From: Aciduliprofundum boonei T469
GTDB lineage: Archaea; Thermoplasmatota; Thermoplasmata; Thermoplasmatales; Aciduliprofundaceae
NCBI RefSeq assembly: GCF_000025665.1
Contig: NC_013926.1
Span: forward strand, 420,001 to 452,000
Direction: 5' to 3'
DNA length: 32,000 nt
Part shown: positions 17,730 to 25,534 of the stretch, one piece after another
How positions within the stretch are numbered: position 1 is the stretch's first letter
Layout of the letters: every line of letters begins with the position of its first letter
Notes under the pieces: model-generated
The model's database searches: none
What the model was told of the DNA's origin: nothing
The model's input: the letters and a program-made list of their open reading frames with translations, nothing else
Translations under genes and position numbers: made by a program

Positions 17730-18393
17730 CCGCATTCCCTCGGGAATTAAGGGACTGGATTCGCTGGTAGAAGGGGGCTTTCCTGCACCCTCTGTTATTC
17801 TCATCTCAGGCACTGCCGGCTCTGGAAAAACGACTTTTGCATTTCAATTTTTAATGGAGGGGGCGAAGAAAGGAGAGAAGGGTTTGTACATTTCCACGCT
17901 TAGCGAGAGAACTGAGTGGATGCTCAGATTTATGTCCAACTACGAGTTCTTTGACCCAAAATACTTGGAAGATGGAACTATAATTTATGAAGATATAGGC
18001 AAGGACTTGGGAACCTTGGATAATATGAAACTCATAATAAGGATAAATGAGATTCTAGCGGAGCATGTGCCTCAGAGAATAGTGATAGACCCCATAAATG
18101 TTGTCAATAACTTTGTGGACAATTACAGACAATTTCTCTTTGAGCTCGTCACCCTTCTAAAAAATTGGTCGGCGGTCTCAATATTAACTGGAGAAATCAA
18201 AGAAGGAGAAAAATATCCAGAGGATGTTGGATACACTGCTGATGGAATAATCTCTCTTCTTATGAAAACTGAAGATAATGTAATCAAGAGGTACATACAA
18301 ATCTTGAAGATGCGAGGAACAGCCCATAGTATGGCCCTTCATCCACTTGATATAACTTCTAACGGAATAGAGGTCCTAAAAGCCAGATTCTAA
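17719..18393 (+). CDS. Single-domain KaiC-like RecA-superfamily ATPase
   Basis: 224 aa with GIKGLDSLVEGGFPAPSVILISGTAGSGKTTFAFQFL (Walker A at 17809-17832), Walker B RIVIDPIN, and LKMRGTAHS. GGAGGT lies 8 nt upstream of the ATG, and the gene overlaps the previous one by 11 nt. Confidence 0.88.
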   Translation: MPISRIPSGIKGLDSLVEGGFPAPSVILISGTAGSGKTTFAFQFLMEGAKKGEKGLYISTLSERTEWMLRFMSNYEFFDPKYLEDGTIIYEDIGKDLGTLDNMKLIIRINEILAEHVPQRIVIDPINVVNNFVDNYRQFLFELVTLLKNWSAVSILTGEIKEGEKYPEDVGYTADGIISLLMKTEDNVIKRYIQILKMRGTAHSMALHPLDITSNGIEVLKARF

Positions 18394-19272
18394 TTTTCTC
18401 CCCGTTATTCTCTCGTACATCTCTACATATAATTTTGATACTTTTTCTACCATATCTTTGGGCAATGGAGGTATTTCGGGCTCCTCTTTTCCTTCTTCCC
18501 TTGCCATCTTTAACTCTTCATAGTATCCTATGCTACGATAGTACTGCCTTACAAATTCCTTGCTTAATTGTACAATTTTCCCCCTCTCATAGGCATCTTT
18601 GTCCCACCAGCGGTCCTCATCCAGTGTACCGAAGGTGTCCACCAAATAAATCTCTCTTCCTTCACCAAATGCAAATTCCTTCTTGCCATCCACATGCAAT
18701 AATCCCCTTTTCCCAACTTCATTTGTTATTATTTCATCCACCTTTAAAATTAACTCTCTTATCTCCTCTATCTCGCTTTGTCTTAGCCCACCAATTTCTC
18801 GGGCCTCTTCAAAACTCACTTTTCTATCATAAGCTTCAAACTTCGTTGTTATCTCAAAGTACGGCTCGGGCAATTTCTCCCCATATTCTGGCATACTCTC
18901 AAACCCCAAAAGTTTGTAATCCATTTTTCCATTCTTCAATCTCTCGTATAGAGAGCCAGCAACATAATATCTAGTTATGAACTCCAAAGGGATTAGGTAA
19001 TTTTCATTCTCAATCCTTGGCTTGTTGATTATTCTAAATCTCCCAACTCGCATTTTTGAATCTTCACAGGATAAATAATGATTTTTTATTTTCATCTCAC
19101 CTATTTTTTCAAACCAGAAGGCTGCACTCTTGCAAAGTGTTTCACCTTTTCGTGGAATTTTTGAGGGTATGATTTTGTCAAAAACAGATATGTTATCTGT
19201 AAACAAAAATAGCAATTCCTTGTCATTCAAAGCATAAACTTCCTTAACCTTTCCCTTCCTTATTAATTGCAT
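18376..19272 (-). CDS. purC: Phosphoribosylaminoimidazole-succinocarboxamide (SAICAR) synthase
   Basis: 298 aa. The SAICAR synthetase pattern is present: GKVKEVY...LFLFTDNISVFD, LIPLEFITRYYVAGS and LVDTFGTLDEDR. Confidence 0.9.
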   Translation of the reverse strand: MQLIRKGKVKEVYALNDKELLFLFTDNISVFDKIIPSKIPRKGETLCKSAAFWFEKIGEMKIKNHYLSCEDSKMRVGRFRIINKPRIENENYLIPLEFITRYYVAGSLYERLKNGKMDYKLLGFESMPEYGEKLPEPYFEITTKFEAYDRKVSFEEAREIGGLRQSEIEEIRELILKVDEIITNEVGKRGLLHVDGKKEFAFGEGREIYLVDTFGTLDEDRWWDKDAYERGKIVQLSKEFVRQYYRSIGYYEELKMAREEGKEEPEIPPLPKDMVEKVSKLYVEMYERITGRKLESGF

Positions 19273-19301
19273 AAAAAGAAATAGATGAGATGTATAAAAA
19301 C

Positions 19302-19457
19302 CTAGCGATTTGCAATAATCTGTATATAATTGTACAATTGCTTTAGGTAATCCTTTATTCCGTTTACATCTTTCTCAAGCACTCTAACATCAACCTCAAG
19401 TTTGCTCAACCTATCTTCCAAATCTCTAATTTTTCTCTCCATTATATCTTCATCCAT
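19302..19457 (-). CDS. Small predicted coiled-coil protein (51 aa)
   Basis: Below the ORF-track length cutoff. My translation reads MDEDIMERKIRDLEDRLSKLEVDVRVLEKDVNGIKDYLKQLYNYIQIIANR. GGAGGTGA lies 5 nt upstream of the ATG, 11 nt after the stop of the upstream membrane-protein gene. It shows heptad-like Leu/Val spacing. Confidence 0.4.
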   Translation of the reverse strand: MDEDIMERKIRDLEDRLSKLEVDVRVLEKDVNGIKDYLKQLYNYIQIIANR

Positions 19458-19468
19458 TTATTCACCTC

Positions 19469-19843
19469 CTAACTCGGTGGCGGTGGTGGTAAAATTACAG
19501 ATTTCTCCTGAGGCTTCTTCCAAGTTAGTGCCAAAATACCACCTATTAGAAGAAGTATGAATGCTATAATGCTCCATATAGTAATAACCGCTGCGATAAT
19601 AGCCAGTACTCCTCCACTATGCACTTTTTCTGGGTTTCTCATCCAAAATGCTGCTAAGAATCCAAGAACTGAGCCTATAATTCCAACAATCGCACATACT
19701 ACTCCAAACCAAGAGACAGAAGATTCTGGATACGAACTAATCATTACCCCTGCAATAGAGATAATTAACCATCCAAATAGAGCAAATATCGCCCCTATTA
19801 TAGTTATTATGAATGCTGCCGAAGGATATTCTTCCGCCATCAT
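19469..19843 (-). CDS. Small 4-TM membrane protein with a poly-proline C-terminal tail
   Basis: 124 aa with four hydrophobic segments and the C-terminus KKPQEKSVILPPPPPS. I recognise no family. Confidence 0.55.
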   Translation of the reverse strand: MMAEEYPSAAFIITIIGAIFALFGWLIISIAGVMISSYPESSVSWFGVVCAIVGIIGSVLGFLAAFWMRNPEKVHSGGVLAIIAAVITIWSIIAFILLLIGGILALTWKKPQEKSVILPPPPPS

Positions 19844-19894
19844 ACCACCATGAAATGATAACTTTAAAACTATTAAATTTTGCCATTGAGAAAA

Positions 19895-19902
19895 AATAAA
19901 TA
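19895..19902 (+). promoter_or_regulatory. TATA-like box (aataaata) for the PrsW gene
   Basis: It is centred about 26 nt upstream of the GTG at 19925. Confidence 0.4.
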
Positions 19903-19924
19903 ATCCATATTCAATTAATCCTCC

Positions 19925-20683
19925 GTGAACCTCATATTTCTATCGATAATAGTATCCGTAGCCCTGCTTCCGTCTCTCATTTATATGATTATAGTTAGAA
20001 ATACAGAAAAATATGAAAGAGAGCCGTGGAGAGCTGTGCTGCGCTCGTTTATAACTGGCGCCTTCTTTGGCACAATAATGGCTGCAATTATAGAGCTCAT
20101 CGCGGTATTCGTATTCAAATCATCCCTAGAATTTCTGAGAGGTTATGAGTTCATAGCCGAGCATGGTGCAACCTTATCCTCTCTCACTCTCGCCCTCGTA
20201 ATCGCCCCCGTGGTGGAAGAAGCTACAAAGGCATATGGTGTTCTGGTTTCAAAGAGATATATAGATGAAATTGAAGATGGGCTCGTTTACGGGGCCTCTT
20301 CAGGTTTTGGATTTGCATTTATGGAGAATTTACTGTACGAGATCTCTGCACTTCTTTCCGGTGGGTTCTTTGCCTGGTTAACCGTTTCTATAATACGCTC
20401 ATTATCATCAGCATTGCTTCATGGGAGTTCTACTGCCTTTACAGGTTTGGGCTACTCTATGAGAAAAATAGCGAGAAGAAGTTCTATGGGAAGGGGGTAT
20501 CTAAAAGCTGTCACCATGCATTCATCCTTCAATCTTTTAGCTTCCATTCCAATCTTGCTTGGTGGCATACATCCAATATTTTATCTAGCCCCACTGCTTA
20601 TAGCCATTGTCTATGGATTTATGGCATTTTCTTACATAAGAAAGAAGATCAAGATGTACGATAGACCTCTTCGGCAACGATGA
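19925..20683 (+). CDS. PrsW-family intramembrane metalloprotease
   Basis: 252 aa, polytopic. It has the conserved EExxK motif (VVEEATKAYG) and the HxxxN motif (MHSSFNLL), plus LHGSSTAF. The GTG start has a TATA-like box centred about 26 nt upstream. Confidence 0.75.
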   Translation: MNLIFLSIIVSVALLPSLIYMIIVRNTEKYEREPWRAVLRSFITGAFFGTIMAAIIELIAVFVFKSSLEFLRGYEFIAEHGATLSSLTLALVIAPVVEEATKAYGVLVSKRYIDEIEDGLVYGASSGFGFAFMENLLYEISALLSGGFFAWLTVSIIRSLSSALLHGSSTAFTGLGYSMRKIARRSSMGRGYLKAVTMHSSFNLLASIPILLGGIHPIFYLAPLLIAIVYGFMAFSYIRKKIKMYDRPLRQR

Positions 20684-20858
20684 TACAAGCTAATAAATCA
20701 TCTAATGTGTGCAAAAGCTTTGATGCCTTCTCCGCCCGAGTTTCACATATGACTTTATTTCCTTTCACCGTACAATCTAAAAATTGGTAATTATCAACAT
20801 CTATACTCTCGTATATCGCCCTTGCCATCTCCTCGTTCTCATACTCTAAAGTAATCAT
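20649..20858 (-). CDS. Pcc1-like KEOPS complex subunit
   Basis: I use the internal ATG at 20858 of ORF 20649..20909, 5 nt after the upstream stop. The 69-aa product MITLEYENEEMARAIYESIDVD...VKGNKVICETRAEKASKLLHTLDDLLACIIVAEEV follows the Pcc1/CTAG pattern (beta-strand, A..IY helix, then a C-terminal L..L...L...I.VAEEV helix). Confidence 0.6.
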   Translation of the reverse strand: MITLEYENEEMARAIYESIDVDNYQFLDCTVKGNKVICETRAEKASKLLHTLDDLLACIIVAEEVYRTS

Positions 20859-20863
20859 TCCCT

Positions 20864-21793
20864 TTATCCAGTGTAAATTTCCCTTCCCAGACGCTTTGAA
20901 TACTGCCATTCTTCCTCACCACCTTCAAATTCTCGCAAAGATAAATCAATCATATCCGCATAAAATAGAATATATGCCTCTTTCGTTCTTATCCTCTGAG
21001 GTACATTATCCACTATCGGAGAGTGGTGAGAGATTATAGCATGCAATAACTTCTCTCTCAAATCGCTCGGAAAATCAACAATCTCCTTTATCCTAGATTC
21101 AACCATATTGAAGCTTAAAACTGTGTGCCCCAATAATTTTGCCCTATCTCTCTGCTTTATTATAGTATCTATCTCGTAAGAATCTACCTTGCCCACATCG
21201 TGCAATAGAGATGCTGTTATAAGCAGTTCTCTATCAATATCGTAAGTTTTGGCCATAGAATCGCATATTCTTGTTACATTTAATGTGTGCTCGGCAAGTC
21301 CTCCAATATACGCGTAAACTTCATAGGAGGACCATGGCGCCTCTTTAAACCTATCCAAAAATTCATCCTGGGAGAAAAAGAAATTAAGCAATTGAGAGAG
21401 ATGTTCATTTTCAACCGAATCTACAAATTTCTGTATCTCTTGCATTATTCCTTCTATATTATCTACTGCGGGCACAAATCTCTTCTTATCAAAATTCTCA
21501 ATCTTCTTTATGTAATCGTATTCTGCATCCACAGATATTGTTGGCTGTGTGTCCTTCTGAAAAGTACCTCGGAGCTCAATAACATCTCCCTCTCTTATCT
21601 CATTGTACAATCTTTCAGTTAATCTATCATCATTACCCCAGTATTTAACTATAACCTTTCCAGTTTTATCTCCTGCCTCAATAACAAAGTACTTTCCAAA
21701 CTTTGCTCTGTACTCCCTTATTCCAAACTTTTTGCGTACTGCAAGGTGCAAAATAGCATTTTCACCATCCTCTAACTCGCTCAAATATTTCAT
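20864..21793 (-). CDS. OB-fold plus HD-domain hydrolase (YhaM-like putative 3'-5' nuclease)
   Basis: I prefer the ATG at 21793, preceded by AGGTGA, over the TTG at 21841. The N-terminal OB-like region reads FVIEAGDKTGKVIVKYWG...GDVIELRG. The HD domain shows GGLAEHTLNV, LLHDVGKV and ISHHS. Confidence 0.8.
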   Translation of the reverse strand: MKYLSELEDGENAILHLAVRKKFGIREYRAKFGKYFVIEAGDKTGKVIVKYWGNDDRLTERLYNEIREGDVIELRGTFQKDTQPTISVDAEYDYIKKIENFDKKRFVPAVDNIEGIMQEIQKFVDSVENEHLSQLLNFFFSQDEFLDRFKEAPWSSYEVYAYIGGLAEHTLNVTRICDSMAKTYDIDRELLITASLLHDVGKVDSYEIDTIIKQRDRAKLLGHTVLSFNMVESRIKEIVDFPSDLREKLLHAIISHHSPIVDNVPQRIRTKEAYILFYADMIDLSLREFEGGEEEWQYSKRLGREIYTG

Positions 21794-21874
21794 AATTTGA
21801 TATTCACCTATTAAAGATATAATTTTCCCCAAACTGAACAAGAAGTTTTTATATTAATAACCATTTTTTGATGC

Positions 21875-22558
21875 ATGTGCGTTGAATACCGCGGATTCAA
21901 AAATTACTTCATTAGGAGGAGAGGGAGCAAGAGAGTTTTTCTCTACATATCTTGGCTTTTAAAATTATCCTTCATAGCACTTATGGGGTGGGGTATATAT
22001 CGCCACGATTTGATGCTCATAGGAAAGTCCATATTTGGATTTGTCATCGCCATCCTTCCCTTCCTGCTCGAAAAAAGATTTGGCATCGTCACTCCTGCCT
22101 TTTTAGATTTTCTGATAACCCTTGCCCTGTTGCTGCACCAGAGGGGTGTGGCTTTCAATTTATATGATAAATTTCCATACTACGATGTTGTTCTGCACTC
22201 TTTCTCTTCAATAGTTCTTTCCACCCTCCTGATACTTACCTTTTATCTTCTGGAGAGAAACTCTCCAAATCTAAAGATGAGTTATGGGTTCATAGCCCTT
22301 CTTGGAATAGTGTTTACCATGGCTCTTGGAGTAGTATGGGAAATAGGGGAATTCACCATAGACCAGCTATTTGGATACCATACTCAACCAAGCCTCGCAG
22401 ATACCATGGAAGATCTCATTCTAGACACAATTTCATCAACCTTCGTTGCCATTCTTGCCTACATATCAATGAAAAGAGGAAGCTTTGAAAATGCTGTCAA
22501 AGAGACAAATGATAGTATAAAGGATTTGCTAAAAAGAAGGAGAGAGAAGATTTCTTAA
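21875..22558 (+). CDS. Multi-pass membrane protein, unknown function
   Basis: 227 aa with about 5-6 hydrophobic segments and an acidic loop, WEIGEFTIDQLFG...LADTMEDLILD. The family is not recognised and the start is uncertain. Confidence 0.55.
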   Translation: MCVEYRGFKNYFIRRRGSKRVFLYISWLLKLSFIALMGWGIYRHDLMLIGKSIFGFVIAILPFLLEKRFGIVTPAFLDFLITLALLLHQRGVAFNLYDKFPYYDVVLHSFSSIVLSTLLILTFYLLERNSPNLKMSYGFIALLGIVFTMALGVVWEIGEFTIDQLFGYHTQPSLADTMEDLILDTISSTFVAILAYISMKRGSFENAVKETNDSIKDLLKRRREKIS

Positions 22559-23640
22559 ACTTCTATTAACTCATCCTTCTGGGCAGATGTTAACACTTCG
22601 TATCCATCCTTCTTAACTAACACATCATCCTCTATACGCACACCGCCAAATCCCGGGATGTATATGCCCGGCTCAACAGTTACAACCATTCCTTCTTTGA
22701 GAGGTACATCGACCAACCTTGATAAGCCAGGATGATCATGAACTGCAAGTCCTACACCGTGGCCCGTAGAATGTGTCATTCTTCCCCTGTACCTTGTAGA
22801 ATCTATGATTTCATGCACCTTCGTATCTATATCCTTGCCATTGACCCCTTCCTTTATCATCTCAATGCCCATCTTTTGCACTTTTAGTACCGTGTAATAA
22901 ATATCCCTCTGCATCTCCGATGCCTTTCCAAAAACAAAGGTACGGGTTATATCAGAATTGTAATGATGGTACCTTGCACCGAAGTCACAGAGTACAAAAT
23001 CTCCCTTCTTCAACTTCCTCGCCCCTGCCGTGTAATGGGGTTCTGCAGTGTTCTCCCCGAAAGCGGATATCGTTGTAAAGGCCTCACTTTCTGCTCCTCT
23101 TCTCAGCATTTCATAAACTATGCGAGCTGCTAACTCGTATTCCCTCATGCCCTCATGCAAGAAATCCGGAATATCGTCTGCTACCTCGCTTGCAATTTTC
23201 GCAGCTTCTCTCATCAATTTTATCTCTTCGCTGCTTTTTATCTTCCTTGCTTCCATTATCACATCTGCCACATTTATATATTCCCTTTCTCCCAGCACTT
23301 CCTTTAACTTCTCAAAATCTCTAACAGTTAGAGTTTCAAAATTTAGGCCTATCCTTTTAGCGTTTCCAACAAGTTCTTTTAACATCTCATTCCTTTCTTT
23401 ACCCGTACGATATATCTTAACCTCATTTTTTCCTTTTTTAGCGCTCGTCTCCTCAAGCAGGGATGTGAGCACCGTAACCTTATCGGGCCTAACAAGAGCA
23501 TAAGAGCCTTCGAATATTCCGCCTTCAACAAGCCCTGTTACATAGAAGAAGTTGAGTTCTACAACTGGCTCTCCTCTGTTAAATAATAAAATTAGATCCA
23601 CATCTTCCTTCAAATTCCCAAATATCTTTTCTTGGTGCAT
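22555..23640 (-). CDS. M24 family Xaa-Pro dipeptidase/aminopeptidase
   Basis: 361 aa with the pita-bread metal ligand pattern: [35 protein letters not shown] and VRIEDDVLV. Confidence 0.9.
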   Translation of the reverse strand: MHQEKIFGNLKEDVDLILLFNRGEPVVELNFFYVTGLVEGGIFEGSYALVRPDKVTVLTSLLEETSAKKGKNEVKIYRTGKERNEMLKELVGNAKRIGLNFETLTVRDFEKLKEVLGEREYINVADVIMEARKIKSSEEIKLMREAAKIASEVADDIPDFLHEGMREYELAARIVYEMLRRGAESEAFTTISAFGENTAEPHYTAGARKLKKGDFVLCDFGARYHHYNSDITRTFVFGKASEMQRDIYYTVLKVQKMGIEMIKEGVNGKDIDTKVHEIIDSTRYRGRMTHSTGHGVGLAVHDHPGLSRLVDVPLKEGMVVTVEPGIYIPGFGGVRIEDDVLVKKDGYEVLTSAQKDELIEV

Positions 23641-23663
23641 AGGTGGGTATCAATTGCATCTAT

Positions 23664-24236
23664 TTACAATTTTTCTATGTGTGTTATCCACCAAATCAAT
23701 GTGTAAACCCAGATAAAGAGAGTGAACGCTCCTGTAAATTCCGCTATGGCTACGCCTTTGAATTTGTTTAAGGCCCAAATTGCAATAGCCCAGCCAATTG
23801 AGAATAGGAGAATGGAGAATATGCCCATTCCACGATGTTTCCAGAGAAATCCTATGCCTGTGATCAAAATTCCAAAGGAAGATAGAAGGAAGAATGACCA
23901 GCTAACATACCAGTGTGGTGGCGTACCTTCTGGAAAAGTTCCAATCAAAAAGAGGGAAATCATGCCTAAGAGGAGGACATACAGACCCGCTTTAATTATG
24001 CCCGAAAATTCTTTTATGAGTCCTATAGTGAAATATGTCATTCCCGCACCCGCAATAATAAGGCCAGTACTGAGAACCCAAGGATAATTCACCCAAGGAT
24101 GGTATATGTTACCCAAATCACTTATTGCATTATCAGTTAATCTCCACCAAGAAGAGTTGAGATAAATGGCAATTCCAATGAAAATAAAGCCTATGATGGG
24201 AGAAACTATCCCAGAATAGATGTACTTTCTATCCAT
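23664..24236 (-). CDS. DUF998-like polytopic membrane protein
   Basis: 190 aa with six hydrophobic segments. An N-terminal AISDLG motif after the first TM is typical of DUF998 as I recall it. Confidence 0.5.
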   Translation of the reverse strand: MDRKYIYSGIVSPIIGFIFIGIAIYLNSSWWRLTDNAISDLGNIYHPWVNYPWVLSTGLIIAGAGMTYFTIGLIKEFSGIIKAGLYVLLLGMISLFLIGTFPEGTPPHWYVSWSFFLLSSFGILITGIGFLWKHRGMGIFSILLFSIGWAIAIWALNKFKGVAIAEFTGAFTLFIWVYTLIWWITHIEKL

Positions 24237-24261
24237 ACTTCAAAAATAAAATACAAATATT

Positions 24262-24621
24262 TTAATTTTTCTCATCAAATTCCATCACACTCTCGGCAGC
24301 TTCCCTAAAAGCCCTTGCAACACCACCCACACCGAGTTTTATACCCCCGAAGATTCTTGATACCACAATTGCCCTATTCTTTGCATTATATTTCTTCAAC
24401 ACGCTTAGGATAACCTTGCCTGGATGTCCCACTTCACCATCATCCTTATATTTCTCTTCCCCATCAACTATTGCCGCCCAGCAGTGATGAACTGCCTTCT
24501 TGTATTTCCTTCTATGCTCTTTTAAAATCTCTTCCATATCGGCCATACCCTCTATCTCGTAAAGATGCGCGTAGAACTTTGAGTTTTTGACCTTTATCAT
24601 TCCTGCTGCTATTTCACGCAT
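24262..24621 (-). CDS. IMPACT/YigZ (UPF0029) N-terminal-domain protein
   Basis: KNSKFYAHLYEI...AVHHCWAAIV...DDGEVGHPGKVILSVL...AIVVSRIFGGIKLGVGGVARAF matches the SKF...HxCxAY...DDGEP...RYFGGxKLGxGGL pattern. The start is ambiguous between 24648, 24621 and 24600. Confidence 0.75.
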   Translation of the reverse strand: MREIAAGMIKVKNSKFYAHLYEIEGMADMEEILKEHRRKYKKAVHHCWAAIVDGEEKYKDDGEVGHPGKVILSVLKKYNAKNRAIVVSRIFGGIKLGVGGVARAFREAAESVMEFDEKN

Positions 24622-25525
24622 TATCTTCCCTCCTAAATTTGTTGGCATATATGTGTGCTAACCTAAGGGGCTCAGGATTTTTATACTTCAAGTACTTTTT
24701 CACTACTCTCACCGCAGAATCCAGTGTTATCCTATGCCCTGGAGAAACATATATTCCCTTTTTTCTCCCGCTTTGTATGTATTGCCCCACCAATTGAGAG
24801 CCAATATAAACCTTTCCTTCTCTAACTTCTCCCATAAGCAGAGATTTTGCAACTCCAATGGTTGCCACATTATTCTTAACTCCAACATAAGTAGCTAGGC
24901 CCATAAAACGAGGATGTAAGATACCGTTACCATCGATCATCAGGAGAATATCATCATCCACTTTTTTTAAAATTTCCAAGATTATTGGCTCCTCACGGAA
25001 TGCAAGATATGTAGGAATGTAAGGGAAATCAACTCTCATTTTCTCTCCTATCACTTCATATTTCCCATCTCTCATAATAACAAGGGCAACATAGGCATTT
25101 CTAGAGGAATAGGAAACATCCACACCCCCTATTAACGAAGGATGTGCATCCTCCAAAATCACCTTTTTCCTCAATTCTTCCTGCTCTTTTCTCAATTTTT
25201 TCAATGGATAATCCGTTTTAAAATCTTCAAATAGAACTTTGGAAAAATCCTTAACTTTGCCATTCTCTATTTTTATCCCCTCACTGCGCAAGAGCTCTAT
25301 TTTGCGCTTTATGCCCTCTGGATGCGTAAAACCCCCCAAGCTTCCATCACTCATAACTACGCGATGGCAAGGTATTCGTGGAGGATCTGGATTTTGGGAG
25401 AGCATGACACCACAAGCCCTTGCAGCCCTTATATCCCCAAGTGCCCTCGCTAATGCCCCATAAGTGCTAACTCTTCCCTTTGGAATCTGCATTACGAGAT
25501 CATAAAAATATGAGTAGAGGTCCAT
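24614..25525 (-). CDS. Fusion protein: O6-alkylguanine-DNA alkyltransferase domain plus endonuclease V
   Basis: 303 aa. The N-terminal ~90 aa read IPKGRVSTYGALARALG...AARACGVMLSQNP...IPCHRVV (PCHR active-site Cys codon at 25367-25369). The C-terminal ~200 aa read IGGVDVSY...FPYIPTYLAFRE...IDGNGILHPRFMGLATYVGV...IGVAKS, which are EndoV motifs. Confidence 0.88.
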   Translation of the reverse strand: MDLYSYFYDLVMQIPKGRVSTYGALARALGDIRAARACGVMLSQNPDPPRIPCHRVVMSDGSLGGFTHPEGIKRKIELLRSEGIKIENGKVKDFSKVLFEDFKTDYPLKKLRKEQEELRKKVILEDAHPSLIGGVDVSYSSRNAYVALVIMRDGKYEVIGEKMRVDFPYIPTYLAFREEPIILEILKKVDDDILLMIDGNGILHPRFMGLATYVGVKNNVATIGVAKSLLMGEVREGKVYIGSQLVGQYIQSGRKKGIYVSPGHRITLDSAVRVVKKYLKYKNPEPLRLAHIYANKFRREDNA

Positions 25526-25534
25526 ATCCTCGCC

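Noticed and set aside
13712-18393. Interpreting the locus as a gas-vesicle (gvpD/gvpE) cluster or a cyanobacterial-type KaiABC clock
   Set aside because: I saw no gvpA or other structural gvp genes and no KaiA or KaiB-like (thioredoxin-fold) protein. Only the ATPase fold is shared, so these serve as analogies and not as annotations.
13700-18400. The AT-rich locus as an integrated mobile element or defence island
   Set aside because: I saw no integrase, transposase, tRNA attachment site, flanking direct repeats, nuclease or restriction-type genes. The composition shift alone is not enough.
18435-18974. 179-aa plus-strand ORF opposite purC
   Set aside because: Its P/L/S/H-rich translation has no motifs, while the minus frame encodes a clear SAICAR synthase.
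19557-19853. 98-aa plus-strand ORF opposite the 4-TM membrane protein gene; also 23722..24087 and 23120..23503 opposite the DUF998-like and M24 genes
   Set aside because: The minus-strand products have coherent TM topology or clear enzyme motifs, while the plus-strand translations do not.
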